The translations under genes were made by a program, and so were the position numbers. 64,000 bases of DNA. Origin: an uncultured Aliarcobacter sp. (lineage in GTDB: Bacteria; Campylobacterota; Campylobacteria; Campylobacterales; Arcobacteraceae). The stretch is taken from NCBI GenBank assembly GCA_963664305.2, contig CAXXLV010000002.1, forward strand, positions 832,001 to 896,000, read 5' to 3'. Of this stretch, positions 21,491 to 31,307 are shown piece by piece (the stretch's first letter is position 1; every line of letters begins with the position of its first letter). The notes under the pieces are model-generated. The model was not told where the DNA came from. It made no database searches and worked only from the letters and a program-made list of their open reading frames with translations.

Positions 21491-22603
21491 ATGTTAAATG
21501 TTTTTTTATTAACCTATTTTACTAAAAAATTAGATTTAGTAATAATTGAAAAAAATGGCTCAATTACAACAAAATATGGTGAATATCTTCAATCTATTTT
21601 TAAAGAAGTTAGAAACTATGATTCACAGGAAAATTTTTTATTAGATTTAAGTGTAAACAACTTTGATATCTTGTTATTTGATAATGATATACATGATATT
21701 GAATCTACTTTTTTATTTATAAAAGATGTACACAAAATAAATCCTCTAATTAAAATCATACTTTTTTCAAAATATGTTGATTATCATATCTTAGTTAAAT
21801 GCTTTAAATACAATGTAACAGGTTTTATGTGTTGTAATAGCAATGAACAAGATTTAAAAGATTTTTTAAAAATATCAGTTAGAAAACTCCTTCTCAATAA
21901 TAGCAATAAATTTAATGAAAATAAAAATAAATTTGATGTAATCGACTGTCTTAATTTCTTAAAGAATGAAGAAAAAGATATAAATTTGGTTAATCATTTT
22001 AAAGGAATTGCAATTATAAGGTCTGCTGAGATTTTAGATTTTGATAATCAAACAATTAAAATAAAAGCAGATAATACTCAATTAAAAACCATAAAAAAAG
22101 ATACACATGTTGTTATTTCATCTATTCATTTAGGTGTTGAAATATTAACATCAGCACAATTTGTAAACCTTGAAGAAAACGAACTACATTTAAAATATAA
22201 CAATCTAATTGATTCTTATGTTCATCATAGAAAAACACCAAGAGTTGACCCTAAAAAAGGTTCAAATGTTATGATTGATATGAACAATAGAACTCTAAAA
22301 GTTGATATTATGAATATCTCTATTGACCATGTTTTATGTATAGCAAAAGAAACAGCAACTGAATTAAAAATTCATTCAAATGTAAGGATTTTGATAAATT
22401 GTAATATCAATCAAAGAATATCAGATAATCCAAATTATATTATTAAAGCCACAGCTTTTGTAAAAGAGATATTTTCGACAGTTGATGGAGAAAAAATACT
22501 TTTAAAATTTAAGCTTTCAAAAGAAGATCATAAGATTTTAGATAAATATATATCATTTAGAATTAAAGAGATTATAAAAGAATTAAAAGATAAATCTAAC
22601 TAA
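21491..22603 (+). CDS. degenerate receiver plus PilZ-like domain protein
   Basis: receiver-like N-terminus; RKTPR and NISIDH resemble PilZ RxxxR and (D/N)xSxxG. Confidence 0.55.
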   Translation: MLNVFLLTYFTKKLDLVIIEKNGSITTKYGEYLQSIFKEVRNYDSQENFLLDLSVNNFDILLFDNDIHDIESTFLFIKDVHKINPLIKIILFSKYVDYHILVKCFKYNVTGFMCCNSNEQDLKDFLKISVRKLLLNNSNKFNENKNKFDVIDCLNFLKNEEKDINLVNHFKGIAIIRSAEILDFDNQTIKIKADNTQLKTIKKDTHVVISSIHLGVEILTSAQFVNLEENELHLKYNNLIDSYVHHRKTPRVDPKKGSNVMIDMNNRTLKVDIMNISIDHVLCIAKETATELKIHSNVRILINCNINQRISDNPNYIIKATAFVKEIFSTVDGEKILLKFKLSKEDHKILDKYISFRIKEIIKELKDKSN

Positions 22604-22674
22604 ATTTTTAATACATATTTACTTAACAAATTTTTAGTTATTATTCCAAAAAATTTTTTAAAAATCGGAGTAAT

Positions 22675-23478
22675 ATGTATCAAAACATTAAAACTTTCAT
22701 AGAAAGTGGATTTTTTACAAAATTCATTACCTATTTAATCATTATAAATGGTATTACAATGGGGTTAGAAACTTCAAAAGATTTTATGACTAGTTTTGGA
22801 AGTTTTGCAACTCTATTTAATCAAGTTGTAATTACAATTTTTACAATTGAAATAATTCTTAGAATTTATGTTCATAGAAGTTCTTTTTTTAAAGACCCAT
22901 GGAGTCTTTTTGACTTTACAATAGTTGCTATTTCATTAGTTCCTTTAAATCCAGGATTTGAAATATTAAGGGTATTAAGAGTTCTACGATTATTTAGATT
23001 AATTACTGTTGTTCCTCAAATGAGAAAGATTGTTTCTGCTTTAATTAGTGTAATTCCAGGAATGTTAAGTGTAGTAGCTTTAATGATTTTATTCTTTTAT
23101 GTTTTTGCGATTATGTCAACACATCTTTTTGCGCAAGCATTCCCTGAATGGTTTGGAACATTAGGAGAGTCTTTTTATAGTTTATTCCAAATTATGACTT
23201 TAGAATCTTGGTCAATGGGAATTGTAAGACCTATCATGGAAGTTTATCCATATGCTTGGATTTTCTTTGTACCTTTTATTTTTATTACAACATTTGTAAT
23301 GATTAATTTAGTTGTTGCTATTATCGTTGATGCAATGGCTATTTTAAATGCAAAAGAGGAAGAAAATATTATAAATGAAGTACATACAAATGAAACTCAT
23401 ATTCATGAAGAAGTAAAAAAATTAAGAGAAGAGATAGTTGAATTAAAAGTTTTATTAAAAGAGAGTTTGAGTAAATAA
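22675..23478 (+). CDS. bacterial voltage-gated sodium channel (NavAb orthologue)
   Basis: S4 [10 protein letters not shown], filter TLESWSM, C-terminal coiled coil. Confidence 0.95.
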   Translation: MYQNIKTFIESGFFTKFITYLIIINGITMGLETSKDFMTSFGSFATLFNQVVITIFTIEIILRIYVHRSSFFKDPWSLFDFTIVAISLVPLNPGFEILRVLRVLRLFRLITVVPQMRKIVSALISVIPGMLSVVALMILFFYVFAIMSTHLFAQAFPEWFGTLGESFYSLFQIMTLESWSMGIVRPIMEVYPYAWIFFVPFIFITTFVMINLVVAIIVDAMAILNAKEEENIINEVHTNETHIHEEVKKLREEIVELKVLLKESLSK

Positions 23479-23507
23479 AAGATATAGTTAAAAACTATAT
23501 CTTTTAT
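23475..23507. terminator. bidirectional terminator hairpin
   Basis: ATAAAAGATATAGTT-AAA-AACTATATCTTTTAT between convergent genes. Confidence 0.7.
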
Positions 23508-23509
23508 TA

Positions 23510-24895
23510 TTAAACGTGACTTATTTGTAAAATCTCGTATTGTAAATACCAAATAGCAACAGAAACTACATATCCAATAAATACTGTCCAAGCATATTTC
23601 ATATGACTTGAGAAAGTATAAATTCCATGCATTTTTCCCATAACTCCAACACCAGCTGCACTTCCAAAAGAGATTAAAGAACCTCCAATTCCTGCTGTCA
23701 TAGTTACAAGCATCCATTGGTCAAGTCCCATATTTGGATTTGCTTTTAAAACAGCACTCATAACAGGAACGTTATCAACAACTGCTGATAAAAGTCCTAC
23801 AGCAATATTTGACCAAGTTGCTCCTAACATTTCAGGCTCATAAACAACTACAGCTAAACCTAACCAACCAATAAAATATAAAGCTCCAACAGCAGCTAAG
23901 ATACCAAAGAAAAATAATAAAGTATTATTCTCTATTTTTGCAATTGCATGGAAGATATTAAATGGACTGTTATATTTTTTTATTATTCTTACATTGTAAA
24001 GTTTTAATAATGCTAAACCGAATAACATTCCCCACATTGCTGGAAAATGGAAAACTTGATGAGAAATAACTGCAAGAATAATTGTAAGAATACCTAATCC
24101 AATTACAATATTTGCTCCTGTCATTAATTCAGGTTTTGTTTCTTTTGTCATATCAAAATCAGGTTTTGTATTTGGAACAAATTTAGATAATAAAAATGCA
24201 GTTACTACATATCCAATAAATGAAGCTGGGAATAAATAGAAGAAATCAGTAAATACTCCTTTTCCTGCTGTCCAAACCATAAGTGTTGTAATATCACCAA
24301 ATGGAGACCAAGCACCTCCAGCATTTGCTGCAACTACAATATTAATCGCACCTGGAACTAAAAATTCTTTTTTATCTTTATTAATTGTAATTAAAACTGT
24401 TGATAAAATAAGTGCAGTTGTTAAGTTATCAGCAACAGGAGAGATAAAAAATGCTAAGAATCCAGTAACCCAAAATAGTTTTCTATATGTATAACCTTTT
24501 GAGATTAGATTATATTTTAATCTATCAAATACTCCCATATGAATTAATGTTTCAATATAAGTCATAGCAACATATAAGAAGAAGAATATTCCTGCAATTT
24601 CTAAAATTAAATGATTCATATCATTACTTAAAATATTTATATCTAAATCATTTAATACATAATACACACCAATTAACATAAACATAAATGTTCCAATAAA
24701 TAAAGCTGGTTTTGCTTTATCAACATGATATTTATCTTCAGCAGCAATAAAATAATAACCTACAACAAATATGATTAAAGAGCTTATACCAACCCATGTC
24801 ATTGTAATATCTGGGAATGACTCACTTCCACTTTGAGAACTACTTGCAAATAGATGCAACATAGTTAAAAATAATCCTAAAAAGACTTTTAGCAT
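23510..24895 (-). CDS. nhaD: NhaD-type Na+/H+ antiporter
   Basis: SPVADNLTTA, AANAGGAWSPFGDITT, SAVVDNVP, GSAAGVGVMG. Confidence 0.9.
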   Translation of the reverse strand: MLKVFLGLFLTMLHLFASSSQSGSESFPDITMTWVGISSLIIFVVGYYFIAAEDKYHVDKAKPALFIGTFMFMLIGVYYVLNDLDINILSNDMNHLILEIAGIFFFLYVAMTYIETLIHMGVFDRLKYNLISKGYTYRKLFWVTGFLAFFISPVADNLTTALILSTVLITINKDKKEFLVPGAINIVVAANAGGAWSPFGDITTLMVWTAGKGVFTDFFYLFPASFIGYVVTAFLLSKFVPNTKPDFDMTKETKPELMTGANIVIGLGILTIILAVISHQVFHFPAMWGMLFGLALLKLYNVRIIKKYNSPFNIFHAIAKIENNTLLFFFGILAAVGALYFIGWLGLAVVVYEPEMLGATWSNIAVGLLSAVVDNVPVMSAVLKANPNMGLDQWMLVTMTAGIGGSLISFGSAAGVGVMGKMHGIYTFSSHMKYAWTVFIGYVVSVAIWYLQYEILQISHV

Positions 24896-25175
24896 TTGTT
24901 TCCTTTTTATTTTTTATATGCAAATTCCTTAAATTTATCCCCTAAAATAAACAATTTAAAGACTTCACAAAATAAGATTCTTCCTAAAGAATTCTAAAAC
25001 GTATTGTATTTTAATTTAGCAAATAGGTCTTTTTATTTTGTGCTAAAATTATTGTTATTTAGTGCTATATTTTTAATTCATTTATGCTTAATAATTTTTA
25101 AGAAGAAATAAAAAATTTTTGATTAAAAAATTTTAAAATGAGCTATAATTCTGGAAATATCTTTAGGAGAAAAAA

Positions 25176-25379
25176 ATGTTTCATATGCCAAGTGGAATGC
25201 AATTAGTTGTTATTATGATAGTTATACTTTTGCTTTTTGGTGGAAAGAAAATACCAGAACTTGCAAAAGGTTTAGGAAGTGGAATTAAAAATTTCAAAAA
25301 AGCAATTAATGAAGATGATACTGAATTACAAGCAGATGTAAAAACAGCTCAATCAAAAAACGAAGAAAGAAAAATATAA
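25176..25379 (+). CDS. tatA: twin-arginine translocase TatA/E
   Basis: [26 protein letters not shown]. Confidence 0.93.
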   Translation: MFHMPSGMQLVVIMIVILLLFGGKKIPELAKGLGSGIKNFKKAINEDDTELQADVKTAQSKNEERKI

Positions 25380-25407
25380 AATATTTGGTTTTTAACCAAA
25401 TATTTTA
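25377..25407. terminator. bidirectional terminator hairpin
   Basis: TAAAATATTTGGTT-TTT-AACCAAATATTTTA. Confidence 0.7.
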
Positions 25408-26478
25408 ATCCTGATGTTTACTATCTAAAATAAACTCTCTATTTTTATAAATAGATTGAATAAAAGCAAATGAAATAGGAACAATTGCCAAAGTTGTAAC
25501 AAACATAGAAGGTAAGTGGTGAAAAATTTGTATTATCATAGAAAAAGATAAAAATCCAATTGACCACATAGCACCATGTTCAAGGTAAATATATTTTGCT
25601 ACTACATCTTTTTCAACCATATATATAGTCAAAGACCTAACTGCCATAGCACCAATTCCAAGACCTAACATAATAATTATAATATTCTGTGTAACAGCAA
25701 ATGCCCCTAAAACTCCATCTAGAGAAAAAGACATATCAATAACTTCAAGATAAATAAAAGAGATAAATCCACCACTTAATTGAGTGATTTTAGAATCTTT
25801 TTCTTCTTTATTTTTTTCCATAAAATCTTTAAAAAACTCTATTAAATAAAATGCAATCATTCCAATAAGCATAGGTGCTAATATTTCTATTTTATTTACA
25901 GAAACCATTTCATCACCCATTACCACTTCATTTGGAGCATAATATGTTATTCCTAACATTAAAAATAGAATAAATATGATTTTAATATCACCCTTTTTTG
26001 ATATTTTTGTTGCAAATCTTTCTATCGACTTTATCCAGTATAAATCTTTATTAGCATCAAATAAAAATTTCAAAAATAACATCAATAAAAACATTCCACC
26101 AAAAGACATAATCACATGATGAGAACTTTCTATTATTTTTTCATATTCATTGGGATTTGTAATTGCTAGATTAAAGGAATCAATTAAACTCATTGATGTT
26201 GAAAAATAAACTATAAATATTGGAAATATAAATCTCACTCCAAAAACAGCAATAATCATACCCCAAATAAGAAATCTCTTTCTCCAAACAACTGCCATTG
26301 TCGCTAAAATTGTTGCATTAACAACTGCATTGTCAAAAGAGAGAGATAATTCTAAAACAGATAAAATTGTACCTTGATAAACAGCAAATATTCCACCATA
26401 AAAATATAATAAAAAACTAGCTACGAACCAAACTGCAAAAAATCCATAAAAATATGAAACTATAGATTTTTCTTTCAA
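25405..26478 (-). CDS. DUF475 / TerC-like membrane protein
   Basis: LELSLSFDNAVVNA, SFSLDGVLGAFA, YLEHGAMW. Confidence 0.85.
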   Translation of the reverse strand: MKEKSIVSYFYGFFAVWFVASFLLYFYGGIFAVYQGTILSVLELSLSFDNAVVNATILATMAVVWRKRFLIWGMIIAVFGVRFIFPIFIVYFSTSMSLIDSFNLAITNPNEYEKIIESSHHVIMSFGGMFLLMLFLKFLFDANKDLYWIKSIERFATKISKKGDIKIIFILFLMLGITYYAPNEVVMGDEMVSVNKIEILAPMLIGMIAFYLIEFFKDFMEKNKEEKDSKITQLSGGFISFIYLEVIDMSFSLDGVLGAFAVTQNIIIIMLGLGIGAMAVRSLTIYMVEKDVVAKYIYLEHGAMWSIGFLSFSMIIQIFHHLPSMFVTTLAIVPISFAFIQSIYKNREFILDSKHQD

Positions 26479-26501
26479 AATAAATCCCTTGTAAAAAACA
26501 A

Positions 26502-27239
26502 CTAATTATCTTTTAATAAATCATCAATTGTTTTTTCTTTAACATACTCTTTAGAAGCTTTAAATTCAAATTCAACAGACTTTTTATCTTTAATTTCAGA
26601 AGGTCTTGTTGAACCAAAACCACTTGAATACAACTTATCAGAAGGGACATTATATTTTAATAATTCTCTAATAACATTATTTGCTCTTGCAGTTGATAAA
26701 TCTAAAGCATCTCTATATTTTGAACCTTTAATCTCATAATCTTCTGCAAAACCTTTTACATTTATTTGTGTATCTTTAGGTAAAATAGAGATAATTTTTG
26801 CCAAACTTGAGAAAAATACTGTTGCATCTTTGCTTTTAATATCTGCTTTTCCATCTTCAAATAGTAATTGTGCAGGTATTGACATCAATGCTGCGTTTAT
26901 TCTTTCTTGGAAATCACCATCATTTGCATTTTTAGTTTCTAAATCATTTAATTTTGATTTTATTTCAGCAAAAGTCTCTTTTGCATCATCCATATTAGCA
27001 TCTCTATCGGCAATAGCTTGAGAAATTTTTTCTCTATCAACCATGGAACTTGTATCTACATGTAAATTAAAGATTTTAAAAAACTCTTCTTTTAAAGCTT
27101 TTTGTTTTTCAACATTTACAGAAGCTAAAGCATAAAGAGCAATAAATAAAGCAAGTAATAAACTTAGAAAATCTGCATAAGGAACTGCCCATTTTTCTCC
27201 AGCTGGACATTCACATTTTTTTCGTCTTCTTCTTGCCAT
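26502..27239 (-). CDS. motB: flagellar stator MotB
   Basis: WAVPYADFLSLLLALFIAL and OmpA-like LSTARANNV. Confidence 0.88.
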   Translation of the reverse strand: MARRRRKKCECPAGEKWAVPYADFLSLLLALFIALYALASVNVEKQKALKEEFFKIFNLHVDTSSMVDREKISQAIADRDANMDDAKETFAEIKSKLNDLETKNANDGDFQERINAALMSIPAQLLFEDGKADIKSKDATVFFSSLAKIISILPKDTQINVKGFAEDYEIKGSKYRDALDLSTARANNVIRELLKYNVPSDKLYSSGFGSTRPSEIKDKKSVEFEFKASKEYVKEKTIDDLLKDN

Positions 27240-27242
27240 TTT

Positions 27243-28001
27243 TTAGCTTCTTAAAGGCATAACTGTAGTCATTTTTGATAATTTAAGTTTTAACTCACCA
27301 GGTGCATCACCTCTTACAATAGCTTTTGCTGCATATAAAATTATCTCTTTTTCTTTTATAATTGTTCTAGCTTTTGCTCTCATTTTATTTCCCCAAGGAC
27401 CAAAGAAAACATAAGATGCAGCAATACCTGTAACAGTTGCAGTAAATGCACCAGCAATTCCAGCTGCCATTTCTGCTGGATTATCTAATCTTTGTAAAGC
27501 TAAAATTAGTCCAAGAACTGCCCCAATTAATCCAATAGTAGGTGAAGTTTCTGCTGCTAATATCCAATAATGAGATGCACTATGATAATAATGTTCTGTT
27601 TCTTCAATAATTGCATCTAAAGATTCTTCTATTTGCTCCTCTTTAGAACCATCAACTACCATATTCATTGCTTCTTTTAAAAATTCATCATCTATTTCTT
27701 CAAGATATTTTTCTAAAGCTAAAACACCATTTTTTTTAACTAAAATTGAATATTCTACCAACTCATCAATTCTTGAATCAAAATCAATTGGTAACTGTTT
27801 AAAAACCATTTTTAACTCAATAAATGCTGCTTTTATTGCACTAAATTCTGATGCTGCAGCTGCTGCGAACATTGATGTTGGAATAACGATTATTAATGAA
27901 GTGATATGAACAACATGGACAGGATTACCGCCTTCTAATATATCACCTATTGAAATAGATGCAATTGCCCCAATTATTCCTATCAGTACAGTTAAATCCA
28001 T
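27243..28001 (-). CDS. motA: flagellar stator MotA
   Basis: GVLALE, PTIGLIGAVLGLI, GIAGAFTATVTG. Confidence 0.9.
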   Translation of the reverse strand: MDLTVLIGIIGAIASISIGDILEGGNPVHVVHITSLIIVIPTSMFAAAAASEFSAIKAAFIELKMVFKQLPIDFDSRIDELVEYSILVKKNGVLALEKYLEEIDDEFLKEAMNMVVDGSKEEQIEESLDAIIEETEHYYHSASHYWILAAETSPTIGLIGAVLGLILALQRLDNPAEMAAGIAGAFTATVTGIAASYVFFGPWGNKMRAKARTIIKEKEIILYAAKAIVRGDAPGELKLKLSKMTTVMPLRS

Positions 28002-28123
28002 ATTTAGTCCTATAAATTCTTTAAATTGTTATAATACTATCCTAAAATTCATTTCTTAATTATTAAATGATAACTCAATTTCTGTATTGATTTTATGGTA
28101 TTTTATAAAATTATTTTTTTAAA

Positions 28124-29914
28124 CTAATCGTGAAGATTATTCATTATCTCTAAAAATTCATCTAAATTTTCAATAAATATTTCTACTAATCTTGGATCGA
28201 AATGTTTACCTTTTTCATTTTTTAAAAGTTCTAAAATTCTATCTAATTCCCAAGCTTTTTTATAAGGTCTTTCATGTGCAAGTGCATCAAAAACATCAGC
28301 TATTGCAGTGATTCTTCCATAAATATGAATCTCTTCACCTTTTAATCCTCTTGGATATCCACTTCCATCCCATTTTTCATGATGTTCATAAGCCACAATA
28401 GATGATGCTCTTAAAATCTCTCTTGAAGATTTTTTTAATAAGTCATGGCCAATGTCTGCATGAGTTTTCATTTGTGCATACTCTTCAACAGTCAATTTTC
28501 CTGGTTTATTTAAAATAGAATCAGGAATACCAACTTTTCCAATATCATGCATTGGTGATGCCATTTTTAAAAGTTCTGCTGATTCTATAGATAATCCTGC
28601 TTTTATAGCTAATAATTTAGAATATTCTGCAACTCTTTTTACATGATGACCTGTTTCTAAAGAACGTGTTTCACCTATTTCACCCATTGTGTAGATTATT
28701 TCACGTTGAGTTTCTTCTAGTTCAGTATGTAGATTTATAATTTTTGTAATATCTAATCTCACACCTAAATATTCAATCAAATTACCTTTTTTATCTTTTA
28801 TACTAGAAATATTAGCTATGAAAAAAATCTCTTTTCCATCTTTAGTTAAACCTTTTAACTCACCTCTCCAAATTCCAACATTTTTTGCATATTCAAAAGC
28901 TTCACGTATTTGTTCTTCTGTTATATCTGGATGTTTGATAATAGAATAAGATTGGTCAACTAATTCATCTTTTGAAAAACCAGTTAAATCACAAAATTGC
29001 TCATTTACATATTTTATAGTCATATCTGGTCTAATTCTTATGATAATACTACTTTTGTCAAATGTCTCTTCATAGATTTTTGATAAATAGGAAATATCTT
29101 CAAATTTTGCAGAAGTGATTGAATACTCTTTTTTAATATCCTCTTTCATTTGCTCTAATTCTGTAATATCAGAACGTACAGCAATAAACTCAAGAATTTC
29201 GCCATTTTCATCTAAAATTGGATTTATTGTAGTTTTTACAAAATATGCACTTCCATCTTTTCTTCTATTTTTAATATTTCCAAACCAAGGTTTTTTTTCT
29301 TCTTTAATTGTTTTCCACAAATCTGAAAAAACTTCTTTAGGAGTATCTGGATGTCTAATTATGTTATGATTTTTTCCAATTAATTCATCTTTTTTATATC
29401 CAGAAATATTTTCAAATTGCTCATTTACAAATGTAATTACGCCTTTTACATCACTTTTTGAAATAATTGAACTTAAATCAACTGCATTTTGATACTGTTT
29501 TAATAGTGAATTTAAACTATGATTTTCTCTTTCTAAAAGAATAGTTTCTGAAACTTTTTCTATTTGAGTAAATAAATCTAATAGGTTAATAGGTTTAAAT
29601 ATATAATTGTTTACATTTATTTTTATAGCTTCTAATAAATATTCAGAATCATTAAAAGCTGAAATAAATATGATTTTTGCATTAGAGTTTATCTCTTTAA
29701 TTCTTTTTGCCATTTCTATACCATTACAAATTGGCATATGAATATCACTTAGGATTAAATCTGGTTTCTCTTTTTTAAATAAGTCAAAACCTTCTTCACC
29801 ATCTTTAGCTACAAAAAGTTTTGAAACTTTTCTTTCTAATGTGTAAGTTAATTCTTCTCTAATTGACTTATCATCTTCCACATATAAAACTGAAATATCA
29901 TATTTTCTTACCAT
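28124..29914 (-). CDS. REC-PAS-PAS-HD-GYP c-di-GMP phosphodiesterase
   Basis: LSDIHMP receiver, two RHPD/KHPD PAS domains, MHDIGK and HHEKWDGSGYPRGL. Confidence 0.92.
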   Translation of the reverse strand: MVRKYDISVLYVEDDKSIREELTYTLERKVSKLFVAKDGEEGFDLFKKEKPDLILSDIHMPICNGIEMAKRIKEINSNAKIIFISAFNDSEYLLEAIKINVNNYIFKPINLLDLFTQIEKVSETILLERENHSLNSLLKQYQNAVDLSSIISKSDVKGVITFVNEQFENISGYKKDELIGKNHNIIRHPDTPKEVFSDLWKTIKEEKKPWFGNIKNRRKDGSAYFVKTTINPILDENGEILEFIAVRSDITELEQMKEDIKKEYSITSAKFEDISYLSKIYEETFDKSSIIIRIRPDMTIKYVNEQFCDLTGFSKDELVDQSYSIIKHPDITEEQIREAFEYAKNVGIWRGELKGLTKDGKEIFFIANISSIKDKKGNLIEYLGVRLDITKIINLHTELEETQREIIYTMGEIGETRSLETGHHVKRVAEYSKLLAIKAGLSIESAELLKMASPMHDIGKVGIPDSILNKPGKLTVEEYAQMKTHADIGHDLLKKSSREILRASSIVAYEHHEKWDGSGYPRGLKGEEIHIYGRITAIADVFDALAHERPYKKAWELDRILELLKNEKGKHFDPRLVEIFIENLDEFLEIMNNLHD

Positions 29915-30011
29915 AAACTTAATATCCTATTTAAATTATTCATTTTTTCTTCTAAGTGTACTGAATGTTTACTAAAAGTTATTTAGAAGATTCCTTATCT
30001 TATTTTTCTAT

Positions 30012-31307
30012 TTATTTCTCACTAAAAGCATATTGTTTTGTTTTTATAATTGGCTTCAATAAATAAGTTAAAATAGATTTTTGTCCTGTAATAATATCTG
30101 CACTTCCTCTCATCCCTGGAATTATATTTAAAATTTTATTTTTTGATTTTAAATAATTTTGTTCACTTTTTACGTATATTAAATAGTATGTTTTATCTTC
30201 TTCCGTTGTAGAATCTGGAGAGATTTTTTCTATTGTACCTTTTAAAGAACCATAAATTGTAAAATCATAAGCCGTAAATTTTATAGATACTTCTAAACCT
30301 GGCGTTAAAAAGGCTATATCTTCTGGATTGATTTTTGTTTCAATCAACAATTTATCTTCACTTGGAACTATTTCAACTAAATCCATTCCAGGTTGTACAC
30401 TTCCACCAATAGTATTTACAAACATCTTTTTTATATATCCAGTAACTGGTGCTTTTATTGCTGTTCTTTTTACTTGGTCTTCTAAAGCATTGTTCTCTTT
30501 TGATATTGAGTTAAGTTTTGAACTAATTTCACTATAATCTTTTTGAGCTTCATTTATAAACTCATTTTTTGCTTCTGAGATTCTATTTTCAGCCTCTTTT
30601 ATCATAGAACTAACTCTTGATAAACTTAATTTTGCTGATTCTAGATTGTCTCTTATTGAATTAACTTCTCTTTCTAATTTCAAATATTCAACTTGAGAAA
30701 CAATACCCTTTTCAGATAAAGGTTTTATCATTTCTCTCTCTTTTGAAATCAAAGATAAACTATTTTGTAAATATTTTACATTTGAATTTATTTCATCTTT
30801 CTCTTTTACTTTTTGTTGAACTTGCTCTTCTAAAACCTTTATTTTTGATTTAAACTGTTCTTTGTTTGTAAGGTATAAGTTATACTCTTTTTGAGAAATT
30901 GCATCATTTTTTTCTATTTCAAAATCTATTTGATTTACTTCAGCATACAATCTTTTTTGTCTAAGTTTTAATTCATCAATTGTACCAACATTTTTATCGT
31001 AAATTGAAGCACTTTGAACATTTTCAATTCTTAAAATCACATCACCTTTTTGTACTAAATCACCCTCTTCTGCAACTATTTCTTTTATAATCCCACCATC
31101 AAAATTTTGAACTATTTTATTTTGCCCATAAGGAATTACTTTTGCTTCTCCTCTTACTAGCTCATTTACTTTAGTAAAATATGCCCAAATAAAAAAAACA
31201 ACTAATAAACCTAAAATGATATATAAAACTATTCGACCACTTTTAGGTGTGTCATCAATTAAAGCTTGAGAAATAGAATTTGAATACTCTTTTTCATTAT
31301 TTTTCAT
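30012..31307 (-). CDS. T1SS membrane fusion protein (HlyD family)
   Basis: VQNFDGGII, IIPGMRGSADIITG...YLLKPI. Confidence 0.92.
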   Translation of the reverse strand: MKNNEKEYSNSISQALIDDTPKSGRIVLYIILGLLVVFFIWAYFTKVNELVRGEAKVIPYGQNKIVQNFDGGIIKEIVAEEGDLVQKGDVILRIENVQSASIYDKNVGTIDELKLRQKRLYAEVNQIDFEIEKNDAISQKEYNLYLTNKEQFKSKIKVLEEQVQQKVKEKDEINSNVKYLQNSLSLISKEREMIKPLSEKGIVSQVEYLKLEREVNSIRDNLESAKLSLSRVSSMIKEAENRISEAKNEFINEAQKDYSEISSKLNSISKENNALEDQVKRTAIKAPVTGYIKKMFVNTIGGSVQPGMDLVEIVPSEDKLLIETKINPEDIAFLTPGLEVSIKFTAYDFTIYGSLKGTIEKISPDSTTEEDKTYYLIYVKSEQNYLKSKNKILNIIPGMRGSADIITGQKSILTYLLKPIIKTKQYAFSEK

